Part shown: piece after piece, positions 36,058-48,027 of the stretch
Layout: the number at the start of each line of letters is the position of its first letter
How positions within the stretch are numbered: position 1 is the stretch's first letter
Source: Lophium mytilinum
Lineage: Eukaryota
Reading direction: 5' to 3'
Assembly (NCBI GenBank): GCA_010093605.1
Contig: MU004181.1
Span: 1,922,001 to 1,986,000, forward strand
DNA: 64,000 bases
Translations under genes and position numbers: made by a program
Notes under the pieces: model-generated
Database searches by the model: none
What the model saw: only the letters and a program-made list of their open reading frames with translations
What the model was told of the DNA's origin: nothing

Positions 36058-36605
36058 TACTATCGACTCAAACAGCTCGCAGGTGATGATTGAATCCACC
36101 TGATGTCCCTCTGAGGAAATACAAGCGATGTGGCCATGATTTGTAGTTCGATATTAACTTGATCAAGGTAGAAAAGGAACGAAACAAAGTGATAGCAGGA
36201 GTGACGGCTGATCAAGGAACAGCCACTGCTAATTATTCATTGACCAGAACCAGCAACTCCATGGGTTGAACGTGGAGAATTGCTCACTGCGCTCTTACGG
36301 CGTACATATCGACCGGAACGTTCACTTACCCATGACGGAAAGCCATTGCGAGAGTGGCAGGAGAGGGTTCTCGCACAACTCTGCTCAGTCCTGATTGAGC
36401 GTAAGGTGTTTGACTGCAACGGGGCTCTTTTCCCGACTCCACACCATCTAGCAAACCCCGCAAAACCCCCAGAATGCGGGGTATGACAGCCTTGCGTAGT
36501 ATATCTAACCGTTACAGTTGGAGCAGGGGGTCTTCGCTTTGAAAGGTTGAGCTAAATATATACCGGGCTGGCACTGTAGCCATATGAGCTGAGAATCGAC
36601 CTCCA

Positions 36606-38498
36606 ATGAGTTTTTCCAAACTATTGCCTCATTTGACGATGGCCCAACTTACCCCAATCGCTTTTGCAGCGATCATATCACTTTTCCCCATTTACGTGGT
36701 GGTGCGTGCTATTGCTGATCCATTGAGGAAAGTGCCTGGCCCATTTTGGGCACGTTTTTCGCGATTATGGTATCTACGCGAAGTTTACAACGGCGCATTT
36801 GAGAAGCGCTCTCTTCAACTTCATGAGAAATACGGTGAGGTTACGATGTCATCTTACCAGGATCTGCACGGCAGCTGAACATTCATGTAGGGCCTATTGT
36901 GCGCATCGCTCCGAACGAGTATAGCATAGACGATCCGACAGCGGTCAAGACCATATACGGGCTGGGAACCAAATTCTATAAAGTATGGCAAGTCTACTAA
37001 CTATTCTTCGCCTCACCATCACTTTTCCAACAGGACAAAAATTTCAGCTAATCATCGCCCTGAAGTCGCCGTGGTATATTGCTTCCGGAAATCCAGATCC
37101 AGAACATTTGGACCTCTTCACGGAACGCGACCCCACAAAGCATGCGCTCATGCGACGGAAGGTTGCTGGCCTATACTCTGCATCTAGCTTAGTACGCATG
37201 GAGCCTTTTGTTGATGAGTGTGTAGGGCTGTTTGTACAGCGCCTAAATGAGGTTGCTGCAACAGGTCGTTCAATCAATGTGCAGCATTGGATGCAGTGTT
37301 ATGCATTCGATGTTATTGGATATATCACAGTATGACATTCTTCCGGTGACAACTGTAGATTTTGTGTTCTGATGCTAATCGCATGCAGCTTTCGAAGAGA
37401 TTCGGGTTCCTGGACCGCTGTGAAGACGCACCGGGAATGTTTACAAGTCTCCATTCCTATCTGAAATATGCTTCACGCGTCGGGGTATTTTCAGAGGTGC
37501 ATTCAATAGCATCCAAGTTGTTAGCAAAGCTCGGCAGCGGTGGTATGTCCCACATGACGAACTTCGTTGGCGCCCAGCTCCAAGACAGACAGCAGCGACT
37601 CGCAGAAAAAGAGGGCGGAGGCACAGATGATGACTTTATGTCGAAAGTACTCGCGCAGCACAAAGCGGATCCTGAGAAGTTCACCTTCAATGATGTTTTC
37701 ACTACGTGTATTACCAACATTGGTGCTGGTTCTGACACGACATCGATTTCGCTGTCTGCGGTTATGTACTATCTAATTCGTAATCCGGACGTGCTCGACA
37801 AGGTACCGTACCACACTCGCCTGCGTCTGCAAAAGCAAATCATAGGTCGAGCTAACGGGGACACCTGTAGCTTCGCAAGGAAGTCGATGAAAAGTTACCG
37901 CCGGGAAGCACTGTCGAGAACTTCTCGTTTCAAGACGCCCAAAAGTTGCCATATCTACAAGCGTGCATTAAAGAAGCTCTCAGAGTCCATCCGGCAACTG
38001 GCTTACCTCTCGGACGAGTGGTACCAAGCGGTGGTGCAGAGATCATGGGAGTGCTTTTCCCGGCCGGAGTAAGTAACTGAGACTACTTGTGTTGAAGCTC
38101 TGTATTAATGTTCCATCAGACGGTGGTTGGTATCAACACATGGGTTGCCCATGCTAACAAAGAGGTTTTTGGGCTCGATGCGGCTTCATATCGGCCAGAG
38201 AGGTGGTTGATCAACGATAAACAGCAGTTATCTCGAATGGAGGGTTATTATATACCGGTATTCTCCACATCAATTCAATCGCTATTGTGCAACATACTCA
38301 TATAAATGTTTTTAGTTCGGCCACGGATCGCGTACCTGTATCGGGAAGAACATAAGCCTCTTGGAAATATCGAAGCTTGTGCCCATATTGGTGCATCGAT
38401 TCAACTTCAACCTAGTTAGACCAGAGGAAGCCCTTAAATGCCAAAATGTCTGGTTCGTTAAGCAAACAAACATTGAATGTCGGGTGTCGCTCAGATAA
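36606..38498 (+). CDS. cytochrome P450 (copy C; pisatin-demethylase-like group)
   Basis: VPGPFWARFSRLWY, LHEKYG|PIVRIAPNE, I-helix IGAGSDTTS, KEALRVHP, YRPERW and heme motif FGHGSRTCIG. Stop TAA 38496-38498. The start may instead be ATG 36639. Confidence 0.9.
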
Positions 38499-39250
38499 TG
38501 CTACGAACCTATCATGGAACGTTCCGCCCGATTCTGAAGAAGTATGTGTCAACGCAAGTCATCTGGTGGCTGCTCATCGCTGCTGGAGGGCCTCAGCTAA
38601 TGACCGCCTTGTGTATGTGGAAATTTTGCTCGGCATGAAAGCTGATACCAGCTAAAATGGAGCAGTGTTGGTTCGAACGCAGAATCAAGGGGTTTGTAGT
38701 TTTCATGCGCGGACTTGGGTAGCAGTGTTAGATCTAACCTAGACCTCTCGAGAATGAAGAAATTGAGCGACTCTTTTGTGAACATGCGCCTTATACCACT
38801 CTACACTGAGAAATATTGCCCAGGCTTGCTTGGTGCCAACCGTAGAATGCGAAGGTAACGTGAGGCGGTAACGAGACGCTGTGCTTGCCAGCTCAGGAGC
38901 AATCTCAGTGGAGACTGTTAGAGCGGGTAGAGACAGTAGTGGAGAGGGGTAGTGGAAGAGTAGTGGTAAGCGCCGGATGGGTGCCAGGTGAGTGCTAGGT
39001 ACGTGGCCGTGAGTAGTGGAAAAGCTGATCAACTTGCTTAGCCAGGATCACGGGCAGACGTGCGAGAAGAACTAGCAATTAGCTCGGAGCGATCTGGATG
39101 GTCAATGGTGCAAAGGAGCTTCTAAGATGCCTTATTGCGAAATTGTAGATCTCGCTCGTCCGGCCGGCTAGATTTTTAGAAATCTTTTTCTGGGGTTGAA
39201 GGGGCGGCCTGGTGCTCGAACGTGGACAATATGGGTAAAAAGGGAGAACA

Positions 39251-39593
39251 GCACGTGATTAGATACTTCTTCGGGAAAGTCTTGGCGGTACCCAAAAGGT
39301 GTGGAAGGCAGAGAGGATTCAGAAAGGGTTTAGAAATGGTTCAGAAATGGTTCAGAAATGGTTCAGAAAGGGTTTAGAAAGGGTTTAGAAAGGGTTTAGA
39401 AAGGGTTTAGAAAGGGTTCAGAAAGGGTTCAGAGAGGGTTGCGAGAGGGTTGCGAGAGAATTGTAGGGCAGTTTAACGGGGGTGGAGTTTGGGTTCCGGT
39501 TAAACCGACTACAATTTTAGACGCAACCCTCTCCGCCTTCCACACCCTTTGCACACCGCCAAGACTTGCCCGAACAAGTATCTGATCACGTGC
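39251..39593. mobile_element. foldback / MITE-like element: ~70-bp imperfect inverted arms enclosing an 11-bp minisatellite
   Basis: Left arm gcacgtgattagatacttcttcgggaaagtcttggcgg...gtgtggaaggcagagagg (39251-39320) matches the reverse complement of 39521-39593. About 12 copies of AGAAAGGGTTY and variants at 39321-39455. No clear TSD. Confidence 0.6.
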
Positions 39594-42331
39594 AGACTCC
39601 TTTCATTTCGACCTTCCTGACTCTACTCTCTAACTACAAACACAACAATACCATTTTGAATATAGTTCTTATTCTTCCGATGCAGATTTGACTAGATCAC
39701 TTAGCATTGTGTGTTCTAAAGCCGCTTGTTAATTCATATACCTTGGGTTTCCTTAATCATTGAGCGATTGCTGAGCTCCTTCTGATGACCGGCCTGCTAG
39801 CATGCATACATACTGAGGTATGCCTGATAGGGTTTCATAGACTCGCAATCATTAGCAACATCCACCCCATATTACTAGCACTGAAGTCACTTCACAGCAT
39901 AAGAACTGTACCAACCCTGATCGATTATACCGAGACTTCCAACGCCCGATGCAGCCTGGCTCGGACACGATCGTGGACGTCACGCTCGGGAAGCTCATCA
40001 CAGAGACTCAGCGGGCTAGACCGCTCAGAATTCCATCCCGTGGATCAGCACCGCACCTAAGCAACAGCCCGACTGCTACTTCATTCCCGTGCTCCGCAGC
40101 TTCCATCAAGGAGGTCTAATTATCTTTGATTTCCGTTCGTCTACTCCGCTTCCCAGGTTGTGAAGCCGTTGTAAGGCCTTCGTTTTGTGTTCCGCAATCT
40201 TAGTCTTCTAGAAAGAGTCCACGCCTCAATCTTGAAATATGAAGCCAAACGAAACCCCGCGGGGTTCAGGCTCGATCTGCCAAAGATGGCGAGGAGCTGC
40301 TCACCGGTCTTTAGCGCGGGTGGCTTTTGGTGTAACGGCAAGATCGTATCCAATGACAGTTAGCGATGTCTAGTTAGTAGGTCGTTGGTCCGGACCTTGC
40401 ACAAGAAATCGAAGAGGCATCACACGAAGTACGTGGTTCTCATCACAGCCTTGTGAATGCAGTTCGCCTCCAAATGGTTCAGGTCGAGTAAAGATGATAC
40501 GGAGAACGCGGTTTACCGTGCACATAGTACGTGATATGGAATGCACGGTAATCGTGTTCGTATCAGGCACGCCCGAGTTCAATTAATCAGCGAGATACAA
40601 GGCTTCTGTCTTGAGAAAATAGAAATAAATCACGCGCAATCGATACGTGCAAGTTGAATCTCACCGATGACAGACAAGGTGTGGCTGAAGGGGATGGGAT
40701 GATACTTAACAATATAAGCGGCTGTAACCCAGAGCCTCGAAATGTGTGTTGTAAATCCAGCAGACCTTGCGATGAATGCTCGTACTCGTTCATGCTACAA
40801 GGCTGTGCTGTCTGCGTGGTCTTGGTGATATCGAGATAAAGCATCGTCAGTGGTCAGGATGGAAATGAGCCTTCTCCACACAGGCCAGCAGGTCGCAGCG
40901 TGGTGTTGTAGTCAGCTCGGCGGAAGGCCTTGCCAGGGCGCCACGTCCGCTGGGACGATGCGGATGAGAAACCAGGGCTCTAATTTAGAGGCCTGACCAG
41001 TAGCAAGGCTAGGGTGGTGACTTGAAACAAAAAGAATGGAATATATCAGCGATGCTAAGGGCAGGCTTACACCATGCACGCGAACCCAACACCTGCCAAG
41101 AAGGCCGGCATATGATGGATGGCCTTGCTTGCTCATCCAGCGGCGCAGCAGTCGCAGGGGTTTTGCGTGTCCATCAGCGAGGCATAAGGCGTCTCAATTC
41201 AGAGAGAGATAGAACGGGTGAGATGTAGATGAAAACGGTTTAACGGCGAAGACGACAGATACAGGAAATGTTCTGCAGCCACACGGGTAGTCTGTGTCAA
41301 AGCCAGAGATCCGTTATATTGGCTCAGGTAGGGTGCAGCAGAGGATGGGGGTTCTCTGCCAATAATGGGCTCTCGGACTGGTCTCGCGGCTGAGCATCCG
41401 ACAGCCAGGCAGGGAGCAAGGCCCGGGGCGCGGGGTCCGTAGATTGCTGGTGCAACACAGCAGGAATGCAATCGCGCACGAGGGTGATAAGGGCATCTCG
41501 CGATGGACGTGGTGTTGAAGCGCAAGGAGAGGTCGAAAAGGCGATATCAAACCCCCTCTGAGGCCGAACTGCCGGCTCCCCGTAGTTTCGAAAAATAGCG
41601 ATGGGCCCTGAAGGCGTTTCCGCTGGCTAGCTGCTTCGAGCAGTGCACGAACGAGTCTGCTCTGGCGCCGATGCAGCTGCATGAGGCCGCGCAGCCATCG
41701 CCGCGACCCCAGACCTCCCGCCGTCGCCCAACGCGCGATACATCTTACCTGCTGCCGCTGCTATTGTCACCCTTTACTACATTGTCTGCTGCTTTGTGCT
41801 ATCGCGACTTCGCCCACATCAACAGCCCAGAGTCTTCTTTGTCTCGAAACCCTGCGGACCGTGCTGCCCTGACTAGCACAGCGCCATTTCGCCGGGGGGC
41901 CGCCGTCGCCTGCTTTCAAAGGAGCGGCCAAGATCCCTTCACCACCACCCACTCAATCTTCAACCACCAGACCACCTCTCCTCCTCTCCCGCTGTGCAAC
42001 TGGTCCCACCCAGCTCCTCCTGTCGCTCGTTACTTCGCTGCCATACCTTCTCTTTGCCCGTCGTTACGCGGCACTCTTCCGCCTGTCGCCTTCCATTCGT
42101 CTGGCCTCGACCCGCTCAAGTGCCGCCCTCCTTTGTCCTCTCACCGTCGCCGCCTGAGTCGCACCACCGCTGTTGCGCCATCCACCTTCATTTTCTCCTT
42201 CACCGTACAGCCTGTTAGTCTGTCGCACTCCGGCCGGTCGGCGTGTCGCTGCAGCACCCAGGTCTCTGTCCATCACCCTCCCCTTCTAATATACCACTGT
42301 CGATCCTTCCTACCATCACCACTCCGCCGCC

Positions 42332-43828
42332 ATGGCGCTCAATCGCGAGAGTCAGTCTATCCTCGTCCATCGCACCGCTCTCTCGCATGCTGACTTGTTT
42401 GTAGACGTCGAGTATACCCTACGCACCATCTTCCGTCGCTGCGTCCAGTGTCCCACGAATCAATCACCATCGTGTCCCGACTGCCCCAGCGGTCAGATAT
42501 GCGCCCAAACACCTTACAGCTGCGGAGCCTGCGCGTCAACAACCTGCATCCAGCAGACCGTCGACCCTACAAACACCGCTCCCCAGAAGTCGAGCGGCCC
42601 GAACGTCGGCGCCATTGCAGGAGGTGTCGTCGGAGGAGTCGTCTTTCTACTCATTGTTGTCTTTATCGTCTATAAATTCTGCCTCAAGGGCCGGCGACAA
42701 CAGAACCAGGAAGGAGAATGGCGCGAGGTTGACGCGCCGGCTGAGAAGAATGACCAGAACGACTTTGCTTCACGACGATCAGCACGAGCATCGACACACA
42801 CCGTGGCCTCCATGGCCTCTTCCGTCCTCACTCGAGCCTCGAATATCATCCAGATCGCCTACATTCCCGGAGTCACTAATCGCTCAGGCCCTGGATCTCC
42901 AGATCTTCTCGTCCCGCCCGTTCCTCCGATTCCCTCCGCCACGTCTCCCTCAACCGCTCTCACCAGTCCATACTCGATGGAGGACCAGCACTTCTTCCTT
43001 CCTGGCGAGCTGCGCGATTCTACCTACTCAGGGTTGACCGATGGACGCAGCAGCTACGCTCGCACGAGCATTACTCCGAGTCTTCAACGTTCCAGTGTTG
43101 CCACCACAATCTACCGGAATAACGCCATCGTTTCTCCTCTCCCCGCGCAGACCATCGTTCGTGGAAAGGCAGCAGTTGTCAGCGTCAAGTCGAGCGGATC
43201 CAGCAGCCCATCGGACACACCCGGCTACGAAACTCCTCCAATACCCCAAATTGAGCAGAAGCACTTGGCTGCTCCCATGCGGATCCAAATGCCAGGCATG
43301 GGCAGCTCGTCTTCACTCAGTCCATCAGGTTCTATAAGGAGTACGGGGACCCTGGCCAAGCCCACTGCCCTCAACATTGTCAGGAAGGCTAAGCCAGCGT
43401 TGGTGACCACGCCAAGTTCTTCGTCCACTACGTCAAGCACAACAACCACTAGGCCGGTAACCGCTGTTTCTGTAGCAGAATCAGAGTCTACCGTTGGGCA
43501 CTCCCGCGCCCGCCAATCTGGAAGCTTAGACTCCGACTCGGAATCCGACTCTGACGACCACTCACGCGCACGCCGCAGCTTGCTCCGGGAAGAGTCCAAC
43601 CCACGCGATTCAGAAATCACGGTGATACAGGACACACCGGGAATCAACCAAGGTCCCTTCGCCGACTCCGCCAGCCCCGACCCACCTCAGCGACAGTTCT
43701 CACGTTCCAGCATGTTGGGTCCTAGCGGCCTCGAGACAATCACCGAAGACCACTCCTCCAAACGCACAAGCAAGACGTCCCACCGAACCCAGAGCCCCTT
43801 CTCAGACGACAACGAGATCGGACGATGA
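42332..43828 (+). CDS. OPY2: Opy2-like single-pass membrane anchor (HOG/Ste50 pathway)
   Basis: Cys-rich extracellular motif CVQCP..SPSCPDCPSGQIC...SCGACASTTC, TM GAIAGGVVGGVVFLLIVVFIVY and conserved ASTHTVASMASSVLTRASNIIQIAYIPGV. Likely short intron at ~42350-42405. Confidence 0.8.
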   Translation: MALNRESQSILVHRTALSHADLFVDVEYTLRTIFRRCVQCPTNQSPSCPDCPSGQICAQTPYSCGACASTTCIQQTVDPTNTAPQKSSGPNVGAIAGGVVGGVVFLLIVVFIVYKFCLKGRRQQNQEGEWREVDAPAEKNDQNDFASRRSARASTHTVASMASSVLTRASNIIQIAYIPGVTNRSGPGSPDLLVPPVPPIPSATSPSTALTSPYSMEDQHFFLPGELRDSTYSGLTDGRSSYARTSITPSLQRSSVATTIYRNNAIVSPLPAQTIVRGKAAVVSVKSSGSSSPSDTPGYETPPIPQIEQKHLAAPMRIQMPGMGSSSSLSPSGSIRSTGTLAKPTALNIVRKAKPALVTTPSSSSTTSSTTTTRPVTAVSVAESESTVGHSRARQSGSLDSDSESDSDDHSRARRSLLREESNPRDSEITVIQDTPGINQGPFADSASPDPPQRQFSRSSMLGPSGLETITEDHSSKRTSKTSHRTQSPFSDDNEIGR

Positions 43829-44605
43829 CCACCTCTCCTCTCTAGCTGAACTACGGGAACTCGGTTTACAGGGTACAGGATACGGGCGTTGAACAGGAAT
43901 TTTGCGAGCCTGAAACTCTACGGAGATGCCGCCACGGAAATTTTCCCTTGTTTTTTTTTGAGATCCTCATTGTCTTTCATGTTTTGGAGACTTTTTGATA
44001 ACTTGTGTTTTACTTCTCTTCTACCAACCCCTTTTATTGTTCTAAACCTAAGGTTTGTTTGGAGCGTTTTGAGCTCTCGCGGGGCTTGATGTCGCGCGAG
44101 ACGGGGACTGAGCGATGAGATGAGATGAGCGGATGATGCATGGTGGGATAGCGAGGGGCTTGTTGTGCAGTGTTTTCTTGGCGAGAGCTCTGCTGGCTGC
44201 TGTGTTATCTTGAGCGATTAGAATCTATGGTTTTGATTGTCATTGAGTGTTTTCAGGTGGGGTGCGTGTGAAGTTAGCTCGTAATGCGGTGGAGATCGGA
44301 TGATCTGGAGGGGCGGGGAGATGATGTGCGTGGGTTTGGGAGATGGTGAAACGGGCCCCTGGTCGTTTGGTAGGCTGTGTGTGACGGGGAGAGAGTCATG
44401 ATTCTGGGTTGAGAACGCTTCGTTCAATAGACTGCTTGGGTTGTATGGTTGGCTTCGTCCTTCACGTGTCTAAGAGACAACCTCCTCACCTTCCTCGCCT
44501 TGCAAGGCTTGTTCTATGAAACTACGATATCATTGAGTATCGGTGTTTTAGAAACGTGGCTATGGTAAGTCTTCCTTTTCAGCTGTGTCTTCTCGTTCTC
44601 TTGAC

Positions 44606-44862
44606 TTACTCCCATTACTCCCATTACTCCCATTACTCCCATTACTCCCATTACTCCCATTACTCCCNNNNNNNNNNNNNNNNNNNNNNNNNNNNNNNNN
44701 NNNNNNNNNNNNNNNNNNNNNNNNNNNNNNNNNNNNNNNNNNNNNNNNNNNNNNNNNNNNNNNNNNNACTCCCATTACTCCCATTACTCCCATTACTCCC
44801 GTTACTCCCATTACTCCCATTACTCCCATTACTCCCATTACTCCCATTACTCCCATTACTCC
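44606..44862. repeat. 9-bp tandem repeat (TTACTCCCA)n spanning a 100-N assembly gap
   Basis: The same unit flanks both sides of the Ns at 44668-44767, so true length is unknown. Confidence 0.95.
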
Positions 44863-46160
44863 TCCCTGACCCGGATGGGCATTCATCGACACACTTCCGA
44901 TCGAGGGTAAGAAACACAATCAAAAGACAGCCTCCAGCACAACCACCTTCACCACTTGCTCCCCATCTCCCCTTTCCAGAATGGTCATTACCTTCAACCG
45001 ACCCTTTCGCTCACCGCTTCTTCGTGCACGACCATCACGTGCGTCCAATATCCGGCACGCTCAAGAAGTCCTTCTCAATCATGTGACCTCTATGCCTTCA
45101 TCTCCCCTCACGCACTACTTAAACCCTCTCCCTTCCTGAACGCTGGAGACATCGGCAGGAGCAAAGAGGTGGATCCATCGATAAAGATGGAGAGTGCATG
45201 AGGTGCGGTTCAACATTGCGAGTGCTGAGTCCCTATGGGCTTGTGCAAACTTGCGACCGCAAGCCTGATGATGGAGTTGGTGGTGGGGTTGAGAAAACAA
45301 CGACGAAAAACGGGCCAGGGAGCTCAAGAATGTGCGGTCCTTCGGAGAGCGACAGAAAAGTGGTGATGCTAAGCAGGTGATATAAGACTTCATGATAGCA
45401 AACGGTGGATTGGGATGATGAAGGTTTCAAAACGGTTGAGAAGATGATAAATCCTCATCGACACATCATCGATTTAGGGGATGATGATCGTCATGAACAG
45501 AGTACGTCGACGGTTCTCGGAGGCATGGGGGAGTAGTGGAGGTCATCACCGGCTGTGGCCTGGTAAGGGAGCGGCGACCAAATCCACCACTCCATAAACG
45601 TTGCTGCAAGAGAGAGTGGAACCCCACGACCCAGCCATGGGCTTTCACATTGAATATGTTGAACAAATCCCACCACATCAAGTCTTTGATTTCTATGTTT
45701 GATGCGCCCCAACCCTTTCCCACTGCATGTCCCAAACTTCCCCTTCAACCTCCCAAGAAGTTTAAATACCTTCGAAGAGAACTACGAAGCCATCCACCCT
45801 CACGTGCGCCATCCCAAACCCCGTGACCATAGTCTTGGCACGCACTCGGCCCGGATCGGATCGCCACACTCCCGTCCGGGGGTCCCGGGTGCCAGTGAAG
45901 ACTAAAGTGAAAGAGCAGTCATAGTGCCGGAGAAAATAGAGGAAATTTCATATATGCTATCTGATCTCTTGCTCATGTAACATCCACTGGAATCTTGAGC
46001 GCCTTGAAAACCTAGAACTACAACCATGCACCAAACGCCAATGCTTGATCTAAGAAATATGTGAAACGACACCGCTGTTGAGTATGCAGCATGCAAATGC
46101 CAAACTCAACTCCAAAAAAGCCTACACAAAGTCCGCTTTTTCAGTCTTCACAAGGTCGCC

Positions 46161-48027
46161 CTAAATACCACCCTCCCCCATCCTCCTCCGCCAGCGATCA
46201 CCATAATTCTTCATCGCCCAAATAACCGCACACCCACTCACTAGACTCCACAAACCCAGAATAGTAAACAACCACCCATTCCCAATAGCATCGATAATCG
46301 GCCCCGACGCCACCGCCGCAGCGCACGAAAAGATATTGCGGACGAAATTATTGATAGCGATGCCAGCGGATGCGCGGCGCGGCATGAACTCGGTTAGCAT
46401 AGTGGTGGCGAGGCCGAAGATGAGCATGCTGCCGATGCCGAAGAAGAAGTTGGCGAGCATCTTTTGGGGGGGTTAGCATTTCAATTCGGAAGAGAGGGGG
46501 ATGGTTGAGAGGGGGGGAAAGGAGGAGACGTACCGGGACAAACCAAAAGACCCCCTTCTCAGCCGTCCATCCGTACCAGATCAACGCCCCAGGCCACAGG
46601 AACGCAGCAAGCCATGCGTTCTCACGCATGCGGTCTTCGGGTCTGAAGGAGAGTTTTCCGTTCTCGTCGTACCGGCCTGCTTTGGTGGCTTCGCGGTGCA
46701 TGATGCGGTCGATCCAGCGGCCGCCGAAGAGGGAGGCGAGGAAGTAGCCGATGGAGTTGGGGATGTATAGGAGGCCGATGATGAGAGTTGAGAAATTGTA
46801 GGGTGACGCGGCAAAGGTTTGTTGGATTGAGATGTTGAGGAAGTAGAGCGAGCCGAAGGCGATGGAAGCGTAGTAAACAGTGAGTGCGACAGCTGGGTAT
46901 TTCAGGTAGGCTAGAACGAGGAGAGGGTCGATGAAGATGCGTTTGGCGAGGGTAGCGTACTTTTTTGTCTTGATCTGGACGGATTGACGGGTTGACATGC
47001 GGGTGAGTGGTTGTTGCTGTTGCGCGGCTCCTTTCTTTTCTCCGTCTTCTACAGTCTCTTTGCCTTTGTTTCCTCTTGATACCATTCGACGTATCACTTC
47101 ATCTTCTGCCTCTTTCGCAAGATCCTTCCGCTTCACCAAAGTTTCTGGAAGAAGGAAGAGGATACTGAGCACCATGATACCTCCATATACAACCAAGAAC
47201 CACTGGGTACTTCTCCACCCAAGCCCCTCCCCCATGGCACCTCCAATAATGGGAGCAAAAAGCGGACCGCATAGTGGGCCCAGATAGAACAGTCCCATAG
47301 CCCTCCCGCGCTCTTTCGGCTCCCAGATATCCGCGATCGTCCCAGCACCGACAGCTTGCACCGACGCAGCCGCACCACCAGAAAGAACCCTCATGACGAT
47401 CAACATAGCCATGCTCGTCGACACAGCAGCCAAGACCCCGAAGAGCAAAAAGAGCACAAAAGAAACGAGATAAATCGACCGCCTGCCCAACGTCTCACTG
47501 AAACTCGACCACCACAGCGGAAAGATAGACATAGAGAGCATGTATATGGCGACGTTAAGATTGGCAATCGTAGAAGAGGCGTGGAAGTTGCGTGCAATAT
47601 CGGCAAGCACAGGCATTACAATCGCAGACCCCAGCGGCGCCGCCATGCCCGCTATCGCAACAAGAACCGTGATCATCCATTTCGTGCGGCGAGGGTAGTG
47701 GTACGGATTCGTGACCTCGGGTATGAGAGCGAGAGAGGCGAAGAGGCCTCGTCGATGGCGCCCATCGACGTGGTGGGCGGTTGAGGCTATCGAGGAGGCT
47801 TGAGTGCGAGGCCGGGGCCTCTCTGCGTCGCTGTCTTCGTGCATCGATGGCGGTGAGGTTGAGGAGATTGCGGAGGGCGCAATTGAGTCGGTGTCTTCGT
47901 TTTTATCGTTTGATATTCCCATTTCCTTATCCATCTCTTCCCTCGGGCCATCAGCTGATAGCGATTCTGATGGGCTCGGGGCGGCGCCGTCGCGCGTCTT
48001 CAGAGCCTTTTTTTCCGAGTCATCCAT
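46161..48027 (-). CDS. MFS multidrug transporter (DHA1, Dtr1/Qdr-like)
   Basis: PLWWSSFSETLGRR, GAGTIADIWEPKERGRAMG..YLGPLCGP, LPETL and PEDRM. Final exon 46161-46460. Confidence 0.92.

Noticed and set aside
149..38498. Interpretation as a secondary-metabolite biosynthetic cluster
   Set aside because: No backbone synthase is in the window, and ring-cleavage and lower-pathway enzymes point to catabolism. It cannot be fully excluded because the left edge is open.
39321..39455. Telomere-like or CRISPR-like array
   Set aside because: The unit is an 11-mer rather than TTAGGG, there are no unique spacers, and the context is eukaryotic.
39700..41500. Short ORFs between the foldback element and Opy2, and similarly at 31700-32600 and 44900-45900
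   Set aside because: No recognisable motifs or consistent splice structure. They may be relics but cannot be supported by eye.
41671..42393. 240-aa ORF upstream of Opy2
   Set aside because: Low-complexity, pyrimidine-rich promoter or 5' UTR sequence with no recognisable domain.
44556..45086. ORFs with poly-(LLP), (YSH), (GSN) or (ITP) repeats
   Set aside because: They are translations of the 9-bp satellite across an N gap, not credible proteins.
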